From Clostridia bacterium (GTDB taxonomy: Bacteria > Bacillota > Clostridia > UBA1381 > UMGS1253): DNA of 64,000 nucleotides. Positions 1 to 11,263 of the stretch are shown in pieces; positions within the stretch are counted from its first letter, which is position 1, and each line of letters begins with the position of its first letter. A program made the position numbers and the translations under genes. The stretch lies in contig JAZSQB010000023.1 in NCBI GenBank assembly GCA_045537695.1, forward strand, positions 15,605-79,604, given 5' to 3'. The notes beneath the pieces are model-generated. The model did no database searches and was not told where the DNA came from. It saw nothing but the letters and a program-made list of their open reading frames with translations.

Positions 1-54
1 TTCTCAAATCCGGTAATTTTGAAATTATAAAATAACAACGAGAGGTTTTACAAA

Positions 55-960
55 ATGTCCTTAGTTTATAAAGTAGTTATACAAGTTATTATTATGTTCA
101 TCCTGATTACGCTCGGTTTTGTCATTACAAAGCTTAAACTGTTTAACGAGGAAGGCAAAGCACAGCTTTCTGAAATCCTTGTTTCCGTCGTGACGCCGTG
201 TGTGCTCATAAATGCATTTCAGGTTGAATTTCAAGCCAACTTGGCAAAAGAGTTACTCCTCGTCTTCTTAAGTGCCATTATTATTCACATTATAGCTATC
301 CTGCTTGGTCAAATAATCTACAAAAGCAGTCCGATAGATAACGCTTCCATTATCTATTCCAACTGTGCCTTTATGGCTATTCCACTTTTGCAGGCAGTAC
401 TCGGCAACAACGGCGTTTTCTTCGGTGCTGCCTACATTGCAGTTTTTAATGCATTTGTTTGGACGCATGGTGTTTACGTATACACCAAGGGACGCGGACT
501 TGCGTTAAAAAAGATTTTATTAAACCCCGGCATCATCGGCGTTGCCATCGGTCTTGGATTGTTTTTCTTGCGCATTCGTTTGCCGCACATACTTCTGCAA
601 CCCATTCAGTACATGGCAGGTTTAAATACGCCGGTAGCAATGATTTTACTTGGCGCATTCCTTGCAAACGTAAAATTTGGCAATATTTTTAAAAATCCAC
701 ATCTGTATATTGTATCGTTTCTGCGTCTTTTGATTCTGCCACTTATCTGTATGTTTGTGTTAAAACCGATACCGATAAGTGAAACGGCCTATATGGCAGT
801 ATTGATTCCAAGCGCCTGCCCTGTTGCAACAATGATTGCTATCTTTGCTCAGCGCTACAATCAAGACCGCGGCTATGCAAGCCAGATGGTGGCGATTAAT
901 ACCGTCATTTCTATTTTTACTCTCCCGTTGGTGGTATACATCAGTTCTTTTGTACGTTAA
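55..960 (+). CDS. AEC-family (auxin-efflux-carrier type) membrane permease
   Basis: 301-aa ORF with a gagagg RBS a few nt before the ATG. Almost wholly hydrophobic, about 10 helices in two halves. The pattern is recalled from PF03547-type permeases. Substrate unknown. Confidence 0.7.
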   Translation: MSLVYKVVIQVIIMFILITLGFVITKLKLFNEEGKAQLSEILVSVVTPCVLINAFQVEFQANLAKELLLVFLSAIIIHIIAILLGQIIYKSSPIDNASIIYSNCAFMAIPLLQAVLGNNGVFFGAAYIAVFNAFVWTHGVYVYTKGRGLALKKILLNPGIIGVAIGLGLFFLRIRLPHILLQPIQYMAGLNTPVAMILLGAFLANVKFGNIFKNPHLYIVSFLRLLILPLICMFVLKPIPISETAYMAVLIPSACPVATMIAIFAQRYNQDRGYASQMVAINTVISIFTLPLVVYISSFVR

Positions 961-973
961 CGAGGATTAAGCT

Positions 974-2566
974 ATGATTCGTGTTTCTCAAGTCAAAATT
1001 CCGGTAAAGCTAGACAATCCGGATTACATACAAAAAAAGCTTGTCACAATGCTCTGCATAAAGGCGAGTGATTTTTTGTCATACCAAATCATAAAGCGTT
1101 CCATCGATGCGCGAAAAACACACAATCTGTTCTATGTATATACCATAGATATCTGTGTAAAACAGGACGAGGATAAACTGATTGCAAAGCTTGCAGACAA
1201 GAATATTACCCTCGCTCCGGAAGTGGCACCATTTATAATCCCGAATGTCAACAGCAGTAAATCCATCGTCGTCTGCGGTATGGGACCTGCAGGCTTATTC
1301 TGTGCTTATGCCCTTGCAAAAGCAGGTTGTAAACCTACGCTGATTGAGCGTGGTAAAGATGTGGACACAAGAACAGCGGACTACAATACATTTCTGCGCA
1401 CGCGTAAGTTAGATCCGGAAAGCAACATCCAATTCGGTGAAGGTGGTGCAGGCACATTTTCTGACGGAAAGCTAACTACCGGCACTTCAAACAACCGCTT
1501 GCGTTTTATTTTAGAAACCTTTGTAAAATTTGGTGCGCCGGAAAATATCCTATATGATGCAAAGCCACACATCGGCACAGATATCTTAAAAAAAGTAATT
1601 AAAAACATTCGAAATGAAATTATTGCACTTGGCGGCAATGTTTGTTTTGAAACTAAACTTACAGATTTGTGCATACAAAACGGACAGTTAACCGGCCTCT
1701 CGCTATGCAGTAATGGCGACACCTCTACTATGCCCTGCGATGCACTCGTGCTCGCTATTGGACATAGTGCACGCGACACATTTGAAATGTTATATAAAAA
1801 CAAATTGGAGATGCAGCAAAAACCTTTTTCCATGGGTGTTAGAATTGAGCATAAGCAGCATACAATAAATATGGCACAGTACGGCACAGATGCGCTCGGT
1901 GCCGCGGATTACAAGTTAAATGTAAAAACAAGTGACGGACGCGGTGTATATACATTTTGCATGTGTCCCGGCGGTCACGTGATTGCAGCCGCCTCTGAAG
2001 AAGGCGGCGTAGTGACCAACGGTATGAGTTATCACGCCAGAGACGGCGAAAACGCAAATGCCGCACTCCTTTGCGATGTAAGAACCAGCGATTTTGAAAG
2101 CGATCATCCACTTGCGGGCATTTACTTACAGCGCAAGCACGAACAGCTTGCATTCAAGCTTGGTGGCAGTGATTACAGCGCCCCGGCTACATTGGTTGGC
2201 GACTTTATTGATAAACAAGCATCCAGTTGTGCCGGTATTATTAACGCAAGCTACAAGCCGGCGGTACATTGGTGTGATATTTCAAATTGTCTACCTGTTT
2301 TTGTGACGCAAGCATTACGAGAGGCGTTGCCAATCCTTGGAAGAAAAATCAAAGGCTTCGATGATAAAAACGCCGTCCTGTCAGCAATCGAATCCCGTTC
2401 ATCCTCCCCTGTTCGCATTGTGCGAAACGATAAACTGACGTCAAATATAGAGGGTATATATCCCTGCGGCGAAGGTGCCGGTTATGCCGGCGGTATTATG
2501 AGCGCAGCTGCAGATGGTTTACAAATTGCACTGCAGCTTATTTGTGAACAAAATGAAAACAAATGA
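974..2566 (+). CDS. FAD-dependent oxidoreductase (COG2509-like uncharacterised dehydrogenase)
   Basis: 530-aa ORF 13 nt after the previous stop. Rossmann dinucleotide motif VVCGMGPAGLFCAYALAKAG and a C-terminal GEGAGYAGGI motif typical of this FAD family. Confidence 0.75.
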   Translation: MIRVSQVKIPVKLDNPDYIQKKLVTMLCIKASDFLSYQIIKRSIDARKTHNLFYVYTIDICVKQDEDKLIAKLADKNITLAPEVAPFIIPNVNSSKSIVVCGMGPAGLFCAYALAKAGCKPTLIERGKDVDTRTADYNTFLRTRKLDPESNIQFGEGGAGTFSDGKLTTGTSNNRLRFILETFVKFGAPENILYDAKPHIGTDILKKVIKNIRNEIIALGGNVCFETKLTDLCIQNGQLTGLSLCSNGDTSTMPCDALVLAIGHSARDTFEMLYKNKLEMQQKPFSMGVRIEHKQHTINMAQYGTDALGAADYKLNVKTSDGRGVYTFCMCPGGHVIAAASEEGGVVTNGMSYHARDGENANAALLCDVRTSDFESDHPLAGIYLQRKHEQLAFKLGGSDYSAPATLVGDFIDKQASSCAGIINASYKPAVHWCDISNCLPVFVTQALREALPILGRKIKGFDDKNAVLSAIESRSSSPVRIVRNDKLTSNIEGIYPCGEGAGYAGGIMSAAADGLQIALQLICEQNENK

Positions 2567-2645
2567 AATTGAGAGATTTAACGAGATTTTGAATGATTTT
2601 TAAAGATATTTTATAATATTAACACTATACTTCACATTTCATTAT

Positions 2646-2674
2646 TTGTATTTTTTTACCGCTTGCGGTATATT
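2646..2674 (+). promoter_or_regulatory. putative sigma-A promoter of groES-groEL (TTGTAT-17-TATATT)
   Basis: -35/-10-like hexamers with a 17-nt spacer immediately upstream of the CIRCE operator. Confidence 0.4.
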
Positions 2675-2677
2675 ATA

Positions 2678-2704
2678 TTAGCACTCAATAAACACGAGTG
2701 CTAA
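2678..2704 (+). promoter_or_regulatory. CIRCE operator (HrcA binding site)
   Basis: Perfect inverted repeat TTAGCACTC-N9-GAGTGCTAA, the textbook CIRCE consensus. It ends about 32 nt before the groES ATG. Confidence 0.95.
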
Positions 2705-2730
2705 TAATTTGTATTTTATACAGGAGGTAA

Positions 2731-3021
<291 letters not shown>

Positions 3022-3044
3022 TTAAATTCGACATTTCATTTTAG

Positions 3045-4691
<1,647 letters not shown>

Positions 4692-4786
4692 TACACGCAC
4701 AGACAGAGCAGCTGCTTTGTTGCCACCACCAGATAATGAAGTATTGGTTTTGAATGGCTTTATTGCTTATACTACACATAAAAAAA

Positions 4787-4816
4787 CCCGAAATACGCCA
4801 GTATTTCGGGTTTTTA
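4787..4816 (+). terminator. rho-independent terminator of groESL
   Basis: CCCGAAATAC-GCCA-GTATTTCGGG followed by TTTTT. Confidence 0.8.
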
Positions 4817-4886
4817 TGATTTATCTAAATGAAAAACATCTTAATTTAAACTGTTATGCACACTATAATGTTTAATTATTGTATTT

Positions 4887-4923
4887 AAAAAAGCCGAGCG
4901 TTATTAACAAATAACAACTCGAC
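4887..4923 (-). terminator. rho-independent terminator closing the minus-strand EPS/EAL transcription unit
   Basis: On the minus strand GUCGAGUUGUUAUU...AAUAACGCUCGGC followed by UUUUUU. Convergent with the groEL terminator. Confidence 0.7.
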
Positions 4924-4949
4924 TTTCATTGATTTATATTTGCGGTTTT

Positions 4950-5720
4950 TCATCCTGCAAAATCCATTATGAACGATTCACATTCATCTAACGGCATTGC
5001 TTTTGCATAATACCAGCCCTGAATATAATCACCTGCCGATTTCGTGACAAGCGAGTTTTGCTCCTCTGTTTCCACGCCCTCGCAAATGACCGGCAAATCG
5101 AGCTTGTGCACAAGAGCAACAATACCGGAGAATAAGGCTTTGCCCTTATATGTGTTCGTCTTAAGCAGAATATCACGGTCAATTTTTACCACGTCAATCG
5201 GATAATCACAAAGGTTTGCCAGGGTGGTATAGCCACTGCCCAAATCGTCTAAATAAACCTGAAAACCCATTTCCTTACAACGCATAACATTTCGTTTTGC
5301 AATGGCTCGGTCCATTTCGATCGCATCTTCCGTGATTTCAATAGCTAACTTCGGTCTGGCAAAATCATAGCGCTTTGCAATCGCTTCCAGTTTATCGCAA
5401 CAATCCTCTTCCGAAAGCGTGATTCTTGTAAAGTTACAGGAAATCGAAATGTCTTCATAAGGTGTATCCTGCCACTTTTCAAGTTGACGGCAAGCACACT
5501 CAAACATATAATAATCGTGCGCGCTAATCAGACCGATTTCCTCCATCGCAGGGATATAATGTCCCGGTCCCAAAACGCCTTTCTCAGGACGCTCCCATCT
5601 TGAAAGCGCTTCTGCAGAAACTATCTTCTGCGTTTTGCTATCCACAATAAATTGCAAATACATTTTAAACTCTTTATTCTTCATGCCATTTAAAATGCAT
5701 TCCGTTCTGATCTGCTCCAT
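4950..5720 (-). CDS. stand-alone EAL-domain c-di-GMP phosphodiesterase
   Basis: 256 aa. Motifs EAL(SRWERP), IEITE, DDLGSGYTTL, KIDRD, EGVETEEQ and QGWYY are all present. gggagg RBS. Confidence 0.85.
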   Translation of the reverse strand: MEQIRTECILNGMKNKEFKMYLQFIVDSKTQKIVSAEALSRWERPEKGVLGPGHYIPAMEEIGLISAHDYYMFECACRQLEKWQDTPYEDISISCNFTRITLSEEDCCDKLEAIAKRYDFARPKLAIEITEDAIEMDRAIAKRNVMRCKEMGFQVYLDDLGSGYTTLANLCDYPIDVVKIDRDILLKTNTYKGKALFSGIVALVHKLDLPVICEGVETEEQNSLVTKSAGDYIQGWYYAKAMPLDECESFIMDFAG

Positions 5721-5774
5721 TTTCAGGTACTACCTCCCTATTCTAACACACTACCAAATCCATAAACGTGTCGT

Positions 5775-6698
5775 CTACTCCTTTACCGCACTTTTTACGG
5801 TAGATGATATTATGTATTTCGGTCTGCCTTTAATTTCTTCATATATTCTTGCTATGTAGTAACCAATGATGCCAAGGCTGATCATAATGATACTGCCTAT
5901 AAATATCGTGATGATGATAACGGTTGTCATACCTTCAAGCGCTCTGCCGACGATTTTATCAATCAGTGCCCATATGCCGAAAATAACAGAGATGATCAGC
6001 ATCACAACCCCAAGCACGGTGACGGTTTGCATCGGCGCAGTCGAATAAGAGGATATGTTCGATATGGCATATTTGATAAGTCCGCGCGTTGACCATTTGG
6101 ATTCGCCGTCCACACGCTGTGCAACATCATATTCCACCGTTGTTTTGTTATACCCTACCCAATACGAGATAGCGCGGAAAAAGCCTCTCTCCGACATCTG
6201 ATTGAGCACGTCAATCACTTTTCTGTCCAAAAGCTTAAAATCGGATGCATTCGCCATATCAAAACCGGCCATATGGCTAATCAGAGAGTAGAAAAACTTT
6301 GCGCCGAACCGGTGCATTTTCTTTTCTTGCCCGCGCTCCTTTTTTATGCCTTCCACAATTTCATAGCCTTGCTCCCATAACCGATACATCTCCACGATTT
6401 TTTCCGGCGGATGCTGCAAGTCGCAGTCCAGCACAACCGCACAATCGCCCTTTGCGGCAGCCAGTCCCGCGGAAATTGCGGATTCTTTGCCAAAGTTTCG
6501 CGAAAAATGCAAACCCACGATGTTGTCTGCTTGTTTTGAAAGCGCCTGAATCGCAGGATATGTCTGATCGGTTGAACCGTCATCGACAAAAACAAATTCT
6601 GCAGCAATTTTGTTTTGCGCAAGCAAAGCGTGTATTGCATCATATGCGCGTTTTATACATTTTTCTTCATTATACGCCGGAAGAATTACGGATAACAT
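5775..6698 (-). CDS. GT2 polyprenyl-phosphate glycosyltransferase (GtrB/ArnC-like)
   Basis: N-terminal GT-A domain (LSVILPAYNEE, VFVDDGSTDQT, DCDLQHPP) plus two C-terminal TM helices, the GtrB-type architecture. I place the start at ATG 6698 (aggtgg RBS) rather than GTG 6707. Confidence 0.8.
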   Translation of the reverse strand: MLSVILPAYNEEKCIKRAYDAIHALLAQNKIAAEFVFVDDGSTDQTYPAIQALSKQADNIVGLHFSRNFGKESAISAGLAAAKGDCAVVLDCDLQHPPEKIVEMYRLWEQGYEIVEGIKKERGQEKKMHRFGAKFFYSLISHMAGFDMANASDFKLLDRKVIDVLNQMSERGFFRAISYWVGYNKTTVEYDVAQRVDGESKWSTRGLIKYAISNISSYSTAPMQTVTVLGVVMLIISVIFGIWALIDKIVGRALEGMTTVIIITIFIGSIIMISLGIIGYYIARIYEEIKGRPKYIISSTVKSAVKE

Positions 6699-6710
6699 AC
6701 AAACCACCTA

Positions 6711-8075
6711 CTATTTTTCAAATAAAGCTTCAAGCTGCGTAACCGGCATCGGTCGGTAAAAATAATATCCCTGCAGCAAATCACAACCGGCTTTAACAAC
6801 CGTGTTTTTATGTTCCTCAGTCTCTATACCCTCGCACAATGTTTTAAATCCCAAATCGTGCGCTGTGTTGATAATGTTTTTCAGAATCAAAAATCCGGAT
6901 TCCGTTACAGCATTTTGTGTAATCGCTTTATCGATTTTTACAATGTCGATGTCAAATTCCGTCAAATCCATAAAGCTGGTGTAGCCTTTGCCGAAATCGT
7001 CAAGAAGGACCAATACACCTTTTTCTTTCAAGCGAATCAAATTCTTTATCATTGTGGCTTTTTCTTCCGCATTGAGATTCTTGTCTTCCAGAATCTCAAT
7101 CGCAACGCAAGAAGAAGCAATGCTATATTTTTCCATAATACCAATGAGGGTATCTGCCAATGCCGTGTCACAAAGCGTATTGCGTGAAAAATTGCTTGTG
7201 TATACGTATTTTCCCCTGTTTTCTTTATCGCTTGCAATCCATTTGCAGTTTTTCTCAAAGATATAGTAGTCAAACTTCTCGTTTAATCCGACATTATTTA
7301 CCGCAGAAAGGAAGGAATGCGGCGTTAAAACGCCTTCGGTGGAGGAGTTTAAGCGCGCCAGCACTTCGGCACCAATAATTCTGTTTGTCTTTGCATCTAT
7401 GAGCGGTTGGTATTCCAGGAAAAATCTGTTGTTATCAATTTCATTGTGTATGTTGTTTTCTATTTTAATTTTCCTTTCAAATTTTTTGCCGTTTGAATTA
7501 TCCCACTGGCAATGCAAAACAGCCTGATCCTCCGCCATACTGCAAGCCTGCTTTGCTCTTGCAAGTGCAGTTTTAAACGGCACATCTGTTGCACCGGCAC
7601 AGTAGTAACCGAAATGCATTCCAACCACATTGACCGCGCCATATTTTGCAAAAACAGCATTGATTGCTTTAAAGCTATTTTCAATGCACTGTACAATTTC
7701 AGGCGCATTTAACCCATTTAATACAACAAAGTTACTTTTCCCGTAAAGCGAAATATACCCATGACTCTCTATGCAAAAATGCGTAAGAAATATATTTCTA
7801 ATCTCACCGAGTATATGCATAACCTTGGATTCCGAATGTAACCGCAGCATACTGTGCATGGATACAGAAATATAAACAAGGCAACGACACTGCCGACTGC
7901 GCATTGCTTTTACAAAGTCATTTTCAATTTTTCCTATACCGCAAAATGCGTTCTCCTCTGTGCCTTTGGCTGCATTCGCTGATTTCATAGTGAAATACAG
8001 TCCTATCAATCCCATAACAAGAAAAATCGTTACAAGTATAGTTATAATTACATATGGGTATTCAAAAATCTGCAT
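6711..8075 (-). CDS. membrane-anchored degenerate-GGDEF / EAL phosphodiesterase
   Basis: 454 aa. N-terminal TM helix, then a middle domain with a GGDEF-like fold but the motif is GKSNF. The EAL domain has EVL, IEILED, DDFGKGYTSF, KIDKA, EGIETEEH and QGYYF. Confidence 0.85.
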   Translation of the reverse strand: MQIFEYPYVIITILVTIFLVMGLIGLYFTMKSANAAKGTEENAFCGIGKIENDFVKAMRSRQCRCLVYISVSMHSMLRLHSESKVMHILGEIRNIFLTHFCIESHGYISLYGKSNFVVLNGLNAPEIVQCIENSFKAINAVFAKYGAVNVVGMHFGYYCAGATDVPFKTALARAKQACSMAEDQAVLHCQWDNSNGKKFERKIKIENNIHNEIDNNRFFLEYQPLIDAKTNRIIGAEVLARLNSSTEGVLTPHSFLSAVNNVGLNEKFDYYIFEKNCKWIASDKENRGKYVYTSNFSRNTLCDTALADTLIGIMEKYSIASSCVAIEILEDKNLNAEEKATMIKNLIRLKEKGVLVLLDDFGKGYTSFMDLTEFDIDIVKIDKAITQNAVTESGFLILKNIINTAHDLGFKTLCEGIETEEHKNTVVKAGCDLLQGYYFYRPMPVTQLEALFEK

Positions 8076-8088
8076 TATTTAACTCCTG

Positions 8089-9156
8089 TTATCTCTTTTT
8101 GAAAATCGGATACGCCTTCGTTCCTGCGGTCTGATAAAGACCTATATCCTCGGCAACTCTTCTGCATTTTGCAATATCTTGTTTTGCACCCATTTTTCTG
8201 CGAATAACTTCTTTCACAAAAAAGATAGGTGAAAAAGTAAGCATTGCCTTTAAAACATCAGTTTTGGATACTGCACCTCTTTTATATTCAGCTAAAATTT
8301 CAAAAAGTGCATAATTTACAGCATTTTTATTAAAATTTTTCTTTGTTACACATTTTAGCCATTTTGCGTAATTTAAGAATTGCGATACATTCGCATTTTC
8401 TTTAAAATAAACACCATGGATATAAAATGTCTGCATGTCTGCATCCATTTCCTGAAGCAGTGCCGCATAGTATTTCTGCTCAATCTTAAGCACTTCCATG
8501 TGCTGCCTTTCCAGTGTCGTGCTTGTAATCTGCTTATCGTGGAGTCTGTATATCAAAAGGCATTCCGGCAAAATCTCCATTTTCTGATTTGCTATTGCCA
8601 TTCTCGTCCAAAGCTCTAAATCTTCCGTGCATGTAAGCGTCGTATCATAATTAAACTTCTTCATGACCTCTGCTTTGGCAATCACACCGGGATGCAGTAT
8701 CGGGTTTGCAACAAGCAGCATCGCTTTGAGCGCCGCACTGTCACATCTCCCCCCTGCACCGCCCGATGCATACACACCGTTTTTTACAGTCATAAATCTG
8801 CACGAAGACAAAGCAACATCGCTGTTCGCTTCCATAAATTTAAACTGTTTTTCTAATCTGTCCGGTAGGCAGATGTCATCGGCATCCATTCTGGCGATAT
8901 ATTTACCTTCGGCCAAAGCAATCGCTTTGTTCAGGGATGTCGGAAGCTTTAAATTGACTTCATTTGTATGTACTTTAATTCTGTCGTCTTTCTGCGCGAA
9001 ATCTGCAAGTATCTCAGCCGTGCTGTCTTTAGAACAGTCATTGATGACTACAAGTTCCCAGTTTTGGAACGTCTGTTTCCGAACACTTTCTATCGCTTCT
9101 GCAAGGTACGTTTCCCCGTTATATACGCTCATAATTACCGATATATCAGGCTGCAT
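8089..9156 (-). CDS. family 2 glycosyltransferase
   Basis: ISVIMSVYNGE...INDCSKDST...MDADD GT-A/DXD signature. Confidence 0.85.
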   Translation of the reverse strand: MQPDISVIMSVYNGETYLAEAIESVRKQTFQNWELVVINDCSKDSTAEILADFAQKDDRIKVHTNEVNLKLPTSLNKAIALAEGKYIARMDADDICLPDRLEKQFKFMEANSDVALSSCRFMTVKNGVYASGGAGGRCDSAALKAMLLVANPILHPGVIAKAEVMKKFNYDTTLTCTEDLELWTRMAIANQKMEILPECLLIYRLHDKQITSTTLERQHMEVLKIEQKYYAALLQEMDADMQTFYIHGVYFKENANVSQFLNYAKWLKCVTKKNFNKNAVNYALFEILAEYKRGAVSKTDVLKAMLTFSPIFFVKEVIRRKMGAKQDIAKCRRVAEDIGLYQTAGTKAYPIFKKR

Positions 9157-10180
9157 AACACGACCTCCTTTTTCTCATATTTCTTATTCTCTTACACAAA
9201 TGCAAAAACCAAAACGCCAATGTGTAACATTTCTTTTGCATCAAAAATATTGTAATTTTACTTTTGAGTGTAATCTTATCAAACCTGGCGCGCCGGATTT
9301 TTTCCGCGTGTGAGGAATGCAATATGTTATGTTTAATCTGTTTTATGCTTTTAAAGTGGTTGCCCTCTGCCGCGGCTGCCAAAATCGTAAAGCACATAAA
9401 ACAAACATACCGGCAAAGCTGTGCATCTGCATCCAATACCTTTGCCATATCGTGTTTACTTATCTCAGTTATAACATCTTCTATCAAATAGATTTGCTTT
9501 GCATTAAATCCCTTGGATAAAGAATCTCCCCTTACCGTGTATAGATACGCTGCTTTTTTGCTGATGTATACACTTTTTGCATGCAAATAGCAGGGTATAG
9601 TACAGCAAAAATCCTCTCCAAGAGAAATTTTTTCACTCACCGCCAGCTGCAACGGCGTCAAAAATTCTCGTTTTATTGCCTTCCCCGACAAATAATAGGA
9701 AGTATGCTCCATATTTTTATCCATAAACAGCCGCGGGTATATGTGCTTTTCAATGGCGTCTGCATCATAAAAGCCTTCATCCAGTCCATCGTCGGTGATA
9801 CGAAGCGTTCCCCCGTCTGTGACCCATTTGTAAGCAAATGATACAATTTCACAGTCCGTTTTTTGTATATATTTATATGCACATTCCAGTGTGTCGTGTT
9901 CTACAAGGTCATCCGAGTCCAGATTGAACACATACTTGCCCGTCGCAAGCTGTATGCCGGCTCTTCTTGCACTGGCAAGACCGCCATTTTGTTTATGAAT
10001 TACTTTTATGCGGGCATCCTTTTCTTTGTAACGTTCACAAATCGCAGGACAGGCATCTGGGGAACCGTCATCCACTAAAATCAGTTCAAAATCGGAATAG
10101 GTTTGCGCTAAAACACTTTCAATGCATTTCGGCAAATATTCTTCTACCTTATACACCGGTACAATCACGGAAAAAAACAT
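9146..10180 (-). CDS. family 2 glycosyltransferase
   Basis: FSVIVPVYKVEEYL...VDDGSPD...LDSDD. Overlaps the downstream gene by 11 nt. Confidence 0.85.
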   Translation of the reverse strand: MFFSVIVPVYKVEEYLPKCIESVLAQTYSDFELILVDDGSPDACPAICERYKEKDARIKVIHKQNGGLASARRAGIQLATGKYVFNLDSDDLVEHDTLECAYKYIQKTDCEIVSFAYKWVTDGGTLRITDDGLDEGFYDADAIEKHIYPRLFMDKNMEHTSYYLSGKAIKREFLTPLQLAVSEKISLGEDFCCTIPCYLHAKSVYISKKAAYLYTVRGDSLSKGFNAKQIYLIEDVITEISKHDMAKVLDADAQLCRYVCFMCFTILAAAAEGNHFKSIKQIKHNILHSSHAEKIRRARFDKITLKSKITIFLMQKKCYTLAFWFLHLCKRIRNMRKRRSCYAA

Positions 10181-10189
10181 ATCCTTCTC

Positions 10190-11263
10190 CTATCTGCTTC
10201 TCATTCTAACAAACACTTTCAACAAAAAATACATTCTATACTTCATACCATAGGCAAACAGCTTCTGGCCAAACGGCAGTGTGGCTATTGGATAAGCCTT
10301 CAGTGCACGAATAGATAAATCGTGTGTGCACACAACTTTTAATCTTTTCTTCAACTCGCTGTATTTCAATTGTTTGTCTTTCGCATACATAATCTCCTGC
10401 GCGCAAATCACTCTGCACATCGCTTGCCAAAACCGATTGACATACATTTGATATGCTGCAGACGGTATATCTTTTCTAAATCTTTCTTCAACTGCATGTA
10501 CAAAAACAAGACTTTTTTCAAAGCGGTTCTTTTTATAGGATTTAGAAATGGAGCCTTCATTTCTGCAGTAATTATAAAACGCACCATTAATGCCGACCGC
10601 CTTTTTTATACAGGCGATAAAATCTATCATAAACAGCGCATCTTCCGAAAGCATTTCCCGCTCGGACTGAAAAACAAGATTGTTTTCCTTTATAACATCA
10701 TGTCGAAACAGATTTTTCCATATACTCATCCCATATTTACTATCATCTGCATCTGCAGGCGTGGCACCGACGATGCCCATTCGAAGCTCTTTTAGTGCCT
10801 CTTCCGTCTCAAACTGTGTATCTGTATCAAAATAGGTTTTGCGCTCGCAGTCGCCCTTTTTGCTGAACATATTGCCATCTACAAACAAAACACCGGACAT
10901 CACGAGGTCTGCATTATAGCTTTCCGCCTTGTTGTATAGTGTTTCGTACATATCCTGCGCCACAAAATCATCCGAATCCGCAAAGCCAATATACTTGCCA
11001 GTTGCGATCTTAAGTGCGGCGTTGCGTGCCAGCCCTGCCCCTTCATTTTTCTTATGAATCACTTTTATGCGGGCATCTGCCTGCGCCAACTTATCGCACA
11101 TTTCCGGCGATGCATCCGTTGAAGCATCGTCCACGAGAATAATCTCCAAATCTGTAAGGGATTGATTCTGGAGTGATTTTATACATCTTTCCAGGTATTT
11201 TTCCACGTTATATACCGGAACAATAATACTTACTTTCGGCTGGCTCACACGCTCACCTCGCAA
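10190..11263 (-). CDS. family 2 glycosyltransferase
   Basis: VSIIVPVYNVEKYL...VDDASTD...ADSDD. Confidence 0.85.
   Translation of the reverse strand: MRGERVSQPKVSIIVPVYNVEKYLERCIKSLQNQSLTDLEIILVDDASTDASPEMCDKLAQADARIKVIHKKNEGAGLARNAALKIATGKYIGFADSDDFVAQDMYETLYNKAESYNADLVMSGVLFVDGNMFSKKGDCERKTYFDTDTQFETEEALKELRMGIVGATPADADDSKYGMSIWKNLFRHDVIKENNLVFQSEREMLSEDALFMIDFIACIKKAVGINGAFYNYCRNEGSISKSYKKNRFEKSLVFVHAVEERFRKDIPSAAYQMYVNRFWQAMCRVICAQEIMYAKDKQLKYSELKKRLKVVCTHDLSIRALKAYPIATLPFGQKLFAYGMKYRMYFLLKVFVRMRSR

Noticed and set aside
8663-9313. 216-aa plus-strand ORF across two GT2 genes.
   Set aside because: It lies antisense to genes with clear GT-A/DXD motifs. Its translation is Ser/Ala/Leu-rich with no recognisable domain.
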